From IMG/VR virus record IMGVR_UViG_3300009509_000017, positions 6,269 through 70,268 of that record: a stretch of 64,000 nucleotides of DNA; one strand, 5' to 3'. Positions 60,062-64,000 of the stretch are shown one piece after another. The notes under the pieces were generated by a model. That model saw nothing but the letters and a program-made list of their open reading frames with translations. It was not told where the DNA came from and did no database searches. The stretch is from a virus. A program made the position numbers and the translations under genes. Every line of letters starts with the position of its first letter. The first letter of the stretch is position 1.

Positions 60062-60383
60062 GTTGCACCCCCTCAAAGTAGTGTACCTCAAAGGAATAAC
60101 GCCCACCAGGTGATCAGCCTGGTGGGCTAGGTGAGAGGTTTGATCTTGCGCCTACGGCATGCCCTTGCCCATGGCGATTCACCATCTGGCCAGCCTTGCT
60201 AGACTGGTCATTCTTTCCACCTATGGCACACCACGTGCCCGCAGTGTGTAGCGCCCATCCTGGCCATGCCTGGCCATCAGTCAGGTGGTTATCTGTGTTA
60301 CAGGATGGCACCGACGACATAGCCGGCCAATCCTCTCATAGGAATAACGCCTGCCACAGTGGATCTGTGACAGGCGTCATGGG

Positions 60384-60773
60384 CTAGTTCTCCAGGCTAG
60401 CCAGCAGGTTCTCCAGGTAGGTCAGTTGCACCTGGGCATCGTAGCCCATGTATTGCAACTGGGCAAAGGTGGCATCCAGCCAGGTGTAGGACAGGTAGAA
60501 GTCGGGTTGGTCGCCCTCAGTGCCACGGACGCGAGACATGGCGCCGCCACCGTCGAACAGGACCTTGCGACCCTGCACCATCGCCCGCAGGACCCCGAAC
60601 CCGATCATGTCCACAGGCGTGTCGGTCTTGAGCGTGGCGCCGTCACGATGGCCCACACACTGGATGGTGTAGGCGTCAGCCTTGCCGTCAGCGTCAGGCA
60701 TGCTAGCGAACAGGATAGCATAGCCATCCCTGGCCCGATCCACTACGGCTTGCAGTTGTTCCCTCACAGACAT
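60384..60773 (-). CDS. hypothetical protein
   Basis: Cassette leader/SD. Confidence 0.7.
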   Translation of the reverse strand: MSVREQLQAVVDRARDGYAILFASMPDADGKADAYTIQCVGHRDGATLKTDTPVDMIGFGVLRAMVQGRKVLFDGGGAMSRVRGTEGDQPDFYLSYTWLDATFAQLQYMGYDAQVQLTYLENLLASLEN

Positions 60774-60849
60774 GTTGCACCCCCTCACAGTGATGTGTCT
60801 TGCATAGGAATAACGCCTGCCACAGTGGATCTGTGACAGGCGTGATGTC

Positions 60850-61248
60850 CTAGATTGTGAACCGGCGCCCGATGAAAGGTGGGCGCTGTTCGATCTCGTT
60901 GCCATTGACCCATGCCTTGAACTCGCGCCAGGACATGGACAACAGGCGTCGATAGAGTGCGATCTGTTCCTTGGTAGGCGTGAAAGGTACGCCGTACTCA
61001 TAGGTGGCCTGGCCAGTGATCACAATGTTCTCGCTTGCGTCATCACCAACAAAGACCCCGTTGCCGTTGTGTCCGTAGATCCCGCCACCATTGGTGCCGC
61101 CAGTGATACCTACTGCGAACTCGCGACCATTCTTAAAGGTGATCTTGGCGTATGCGACGATCCAGCACAGGATGCCTGCACTGGGGCGGTCGTAGATGTG
61201 GCGACCGATCTGATCCTCTATCTTGATAACCTGTCTCACGGTAGGCAT
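60850..61248 (-). CDS. hypothetical protein
   Basis: Cassette leader/SD. Confidence 0.7.
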   Translation of the reverse strand: MPTVRQVIKIEDQIGRHIYDRPSAGILCWIVAYAKITFKNGREFAVGITGGTNGGGIYGHNGNGVFVGDDASENIVITGQATYEYGVPFTPTKEQIALYRRLLSMSWREFKAWVNGNEIEQRPPFIGRRFTI

Positions 61249-61361
61249 GTTGCACCCCCTCTTGGTGTAGCCCATGGCGGCGACCTCTGGCGCCGTCGCC
61301 ACCATGTGCTCATAGGAATAACGCCTGCCACAGTGGATCTGTGACAGGCGTGATGTAATTC

Positions 61362-61703
61362 CTAGTCAGCGCCACCAAACACCATCGGACAGTATACCAC
61401 ATAGATCGTGTTGGTCACAGTCACGGTCACAGTCACGGTGACCACAGGCGGCTCGACAGGCGGAGCCACAGGTGCAGGCGGCTCGACAGGCGGAGCCACA
61501 GGTGCAGGCGCCTGACAGGCAGGTCCACAGGGACCCGCTTGTGTAGCCTTGCCAGTTTCCTGACCTTGGCGTGCCGTGCTTTGATTCTCAGATCCAGGGA
61601 TTGCAGATGCAGCGGGCGTACCCTGACCCGCAGCCACAGTGACTGCAGCCAGGAGTGTAGCCAGAATGGCCAGGACCAGGACGATAGATGCCTTGCGTGT
61701 CAT
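61362..61703 (-). CDS. secreted Pro-rich protein with C-terminal VYCPMV motif
   Basis: Signal peptide, APVAPPVEPP x2, VT repeats. Confidence 0.65.
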   Translation of the reverse strand: MTRKASIVLVLAILATLLAAVTVAAGQGTPAASAIPGSENQSTARQGQETGKATQAGPCGPACQAPAPVAPPVEPPAPVAPPVEPPVVTVTVTVTVTNTIYVVYCPMVFGGAD

Positions 61704-61778
61704 GATTGTACCCTCTCAGTGTAATGTGTGTCATAGGAATAACGCCTGCCACAGTGGATCTGTGACAGGCGTGATGTC

Positions 61779-62039
61779 CTAGAAACCAGCGGCCCGCACC
61801 TTGGCCAGCTTGGCCCGCATGACGTCATCGAACACGATCCGCGTGCCATCGGGCAGGCATGACCATTCCCTGACGTACATGTCACCGATGGAGACGGCGC
61901 CCGCAAAGATGGGCGAGACGGTCTTGACCGTGCGAGTGATCGAGCGCTTGCGATTGTCCAAGACGGTCGCCGGGCGCCCATCCCTCAGTAGGATCTCAGT
62001 ACCCTTTGTGATCTCGTGCGCAAAAATCTTTCCAGCCAT
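61779..62039 (-). CDS. hypothetical protein (paralog of 54108-54371)
   Basis: IFAHEITKGT..VLD..EW...DGT.I. Confidence 0.7.
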   Translation of the reverse strand: MAGKIFAHEITKGTEILLRDGRPATVLDNRKRSITRTVKTVSPIFAGAVSIGDMYVREWSCLPDGTRIVFDDVMRAKLAKVRAAGF

Positions 62040-62465
62040 GTTGCACCCCCTCAAAGTAGTGTACCTCAAAGGAATAACGCCATCAGGTGATCAGCCTGAT
62101 GGCGTGTATATTCCACAACGCACCTGCAACAGTTCTCGATTTGATGACCCGGCTAGAACTGTTCCAGGTGTCATACCCCTAGAGACCGGGGAGAGCATAG
62201 CGCCTATATTGCCGCTGTCTCTCAAAGGAATAACGCCTGCCACAGTGGATCTGTGACAGGCGTGCAGGATATCCGTGTGACGTCCCCCAACGTCAGGATA
62301 TCCACCATGGGCGTGCAAGTGTAGTGCACGACAGGTGCCGGGTATCGTGTGACCCCCATGCTGGCCACCCCGAAATGTGATCGCAGCGTGTACCCATGCG
62401 CTTGGGCATTGCGCCGGTCTCATAGGAATAACGCCTGCCACAGTGGATCTGTGACAGGCGTCAGT

Positions 62466-62864
62466 CTAGTTCTGTGCAGCCCATTCACGCAGGGTCAGCG
62501 GGTCATCATCTGAGCAAGGCTGATCCCAGGGATTGACCCATCCCTCTGGATAGGCCCAGGTCTCCAGATCAACATCAGGCGCCCAGGCGCCATCCTTACA
62601 GAAAAGCTCGACATTGGCGCCAAGCGGAAGGGCAGCGTTATTGTACTCGACCCCACCGGCAGCGTATAGTGAGCCATCGTCAGCCAGGCTGATCAACAGG
62701 TGATCGAACAAGGCCAGGTAGCACTTGCGCAGCCCAAAGGCTGCAAGTGTATCAGTCCATGACTCGTAGCCAAGCGAGCCAGTGTAATGGATCTCGACCC
62801 GGGGAAAGTGAGCGTCGAAATCCATGACCATAATACCAGTTCGGCCATCGAAATCGCCATGCAT
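62466..62864 (-). CDS. acidic hypothetical protein
   Basis: GAGGA SD before ATG 62864. Confidence 0.65.
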   Translation of the reverse strand: MHGDFDGRTGIMVMDFDAHFPRVEIHYTGSLGYESWTDTLAAFGLRKCYLALFDHLLISLADDGSLYAAGGVEYNNAALPLGANVELFCKDGAWAPDVDLETWAYPEGWVNPWDQPCSDDDPLTLREWAAQN

Positions 62865-62958
62865 TGTACTGTCCTCTCTTGGGAATTGTACCCAAAGTGT
62901 AATGTCCCTCATAGGAATAACGCCTGCCACAGTGGATCTGTGACAGGCGTCATGTGAT

Positions 62959-63708
62959 CTATGACTTGCGCATGCGATTCTGGCGGCTATGGTAAGCAGC
63001 ATCTGAGCCTTTAGGCTGCGGACCATGGATCAAGAGCGCAAAATCATGCTTGGCAAGTATTGCGAGACTGTCTTTGTGATCGATGGGCAGATCACGTGCG
63101 GCAGCCTCTGCCGGAGTGTAGACAACATAGGCAGTAGGATAGCCGAACATGGCCGCCATGGCGTCATCACGCCCGCCATGACTGTACATAATGCGCATGT
63201 TGGGCGGAACTTGGCCAGACGTCACGAATGGATGGAGAGCCTGAAAGTTCTTGGTGTAGGCGTAAAAGATCACGCCTGGGAAGAGGTCAGCCACCAAGAG
63301 CCACGCCCGCAAGTATGCCGCATTGAAGAAATCGCCGGAGACGTGCACCCTGACGATCTTGGCATTCTTGGGCATAGACCGGGCTATAAGTGACGCCATG
63401 GCATAGGCGTCATTTGTCCCGGCATCCTGCAATGCAGCCAGATTCCGCCAGACCATGTCGCGGACACTGGGGTACATTGCTTCGAGACTAGCCGCAAAGC
63501 ACCGGAAACGGCACTCAGGGCCATCGGTGAGCTTTCCGGTCGCCCGGTCAGCCCGAGACAGACATTCACGTGCAGCCGGGCAGGTATGACCAGCCGGCAG
63601 GCTGAACCCAAAGATCTCAGAGCGCTTCACGCCCATAACGGACGCGAGCTTGCGAGTCTTTGTGTTAGCCTTGCTGAATGTCAAGGTTTGGGGTGATTCC
63701 TGAGACAT
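62959..63708 (-). CDS. Gp88-like Fe-S protein
   Basis: NTK, FSLPAGHTCP...C...CFA, RVHVSGDF, YAYTK. Confidence 0.8.
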   Translation of the reverse strand: MSQESPQTLTFSKANTKTRKLASVMGVKRSEIFGFSLPAGHTCPAARECLSRADRATGKLTDGPECRFRCFAASLEAMYPSVRDMVWRNLAALQDAGTNDAYAMASLIARSMPKNAKIVRVHVSGDFFNAAYLRAWLLVADLFPGVIFYAYTKNFQALHPFVTSGQVPPNMRIMYSHGGRDDAMAAMFGYPTAYVVYTPAEAAARDLPIDHKDSLAILAKHDFALLIHGPQPKGSDAAYHSRQNRMRKS

Positions 63709-63834
63709 GCTAATCCCTCTCTTTCTGTCTCACTTGACATAATCTTGGGCTAACGAAATTGGAACGTGTGTGTGTGGCGAGTGTGTGTATCACGCCCGCC
63801 CGGGTCTCGATGCGCCGCCCGATTGCTGCGCATA

Positions 63835-64000
63835 ATAAGAACGTTTTGACCAATGGATCTGTGACAGACCCGCCCGGCGCCCGATGCGACCGGCGCCCGA
63901 TGGCCAGACCGGGCGCCCGATGCGACCGGCGCCCATTGTAAGAACGATTTGACCGCTGGATCTGTGACAGACCCGCCCGGGCGCCCGATGCGACCGGCGC
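63835..64000 (-). repeat. tandem 103-bp units, each with a hairpin-less TGTCACA-N16-CGTT motif and GC-rich GGCGCCCGATGCGACC subrepeats
   Basis: Motifs at 63835-63867 and 63939-63970; runs off the window end. Confidence 0.8.

Larger units (their letters stand above)
60090..62104 (-). repeat. type C variants (stem-CTGATCA loop-stem-CGTTATTCCTTT)
   Basis: Copies at 60090-60127 and 62068-62104 sharing an identical downstream leader; other variants at 43220, 47587, 59571. Confidence 0.85.
45723..62949 (-). repeat. type A 39-bp dispersed element CGCCTGTCACAGATCCACTGTGGCAGGCGTTATTCCTAT
   Basis: 17 copies starting (+ coordinates) at 45723, 54064, 54474, 55251, 55763, 56514, 58000, 58833, 59024, 59656, 60338, 60804, 61312, 61733, 62224, 62422, 62911; same orientation, at unit boundaries. 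Confidence 0.97.

Noticed and set aside
54064-62949. CRISPR array
   Set aside because: Intervening sequences are about 50-800 bp, variable in length and mostly protein-coding; no cas genes; no typical CRISPR repeat terminus.
40977-62949. Canonical integron (IntI plus attC sites)
   Set aside because: Elements lack RYYYAAC/GTTRRRY cores and extrahelical bases, and the recombinase looks XerC/D-like without an evident IntI-specific insertion; kept only as a functional analogy.
57771-63026. Recurrent peptides MAGVIP, LSQIHCGRRYS and ACHRSTVA in several ORFs
   Set aside because: They are translations of the DNA repeat; the true starts are at the SD-led ATGs downstream.
63734-63765. TTGACA on the + strand as a promoter
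   Set aside because: No -10 box at 16-18 bp spacing and no downstream + strand gene.

Overview
The window is most of a tailed (siphovirus-like) dsDNA phage or prophage genome. The + strand late arm (4.9-39.4 kb) carries terminase, a portal fused to a MuF-like domain, an unusual fibre/repeat-protein block, a Mu-like protease/scaffold, capsid, tail with a -1 frameshift chaperone, tape measure, baseplate/RBP and lysis genes. The - strand arm (64-39.4 kb) carries a DNA adenine methylase, tyrosine recombinase, RusA, a Ycf46-AAA/DUF1257/DUF2997 module, NrdG-like radical SAM, DnaB, loader and replication initiator. The most striking feature is a roughly 20 kb - strand array (43.2-64 kb, densest at 53-63 kb) in which nearly every small gene is delimited by a 39-bp element, CGCCTGTCACAGATCCACTGTGGCAGGCGTTATTCCTAT (17 near-identical copies plus about 14 variants). 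The element superimposes a hairpin followed by TT(A/T)TTCC on a bipartite TGTCACA-N16-CGTT motif that resembles an ECF41 sigma promoter. Units between elements hold small proteins (one Ocr-like DNA mimic) or no ORF at all, only highly structured RNA-like sequence including a tRNA-like element. A Chloroflexota host is a weak inference from peptide motifs. All product calls come from motif recognition by eye; no database searches were run.
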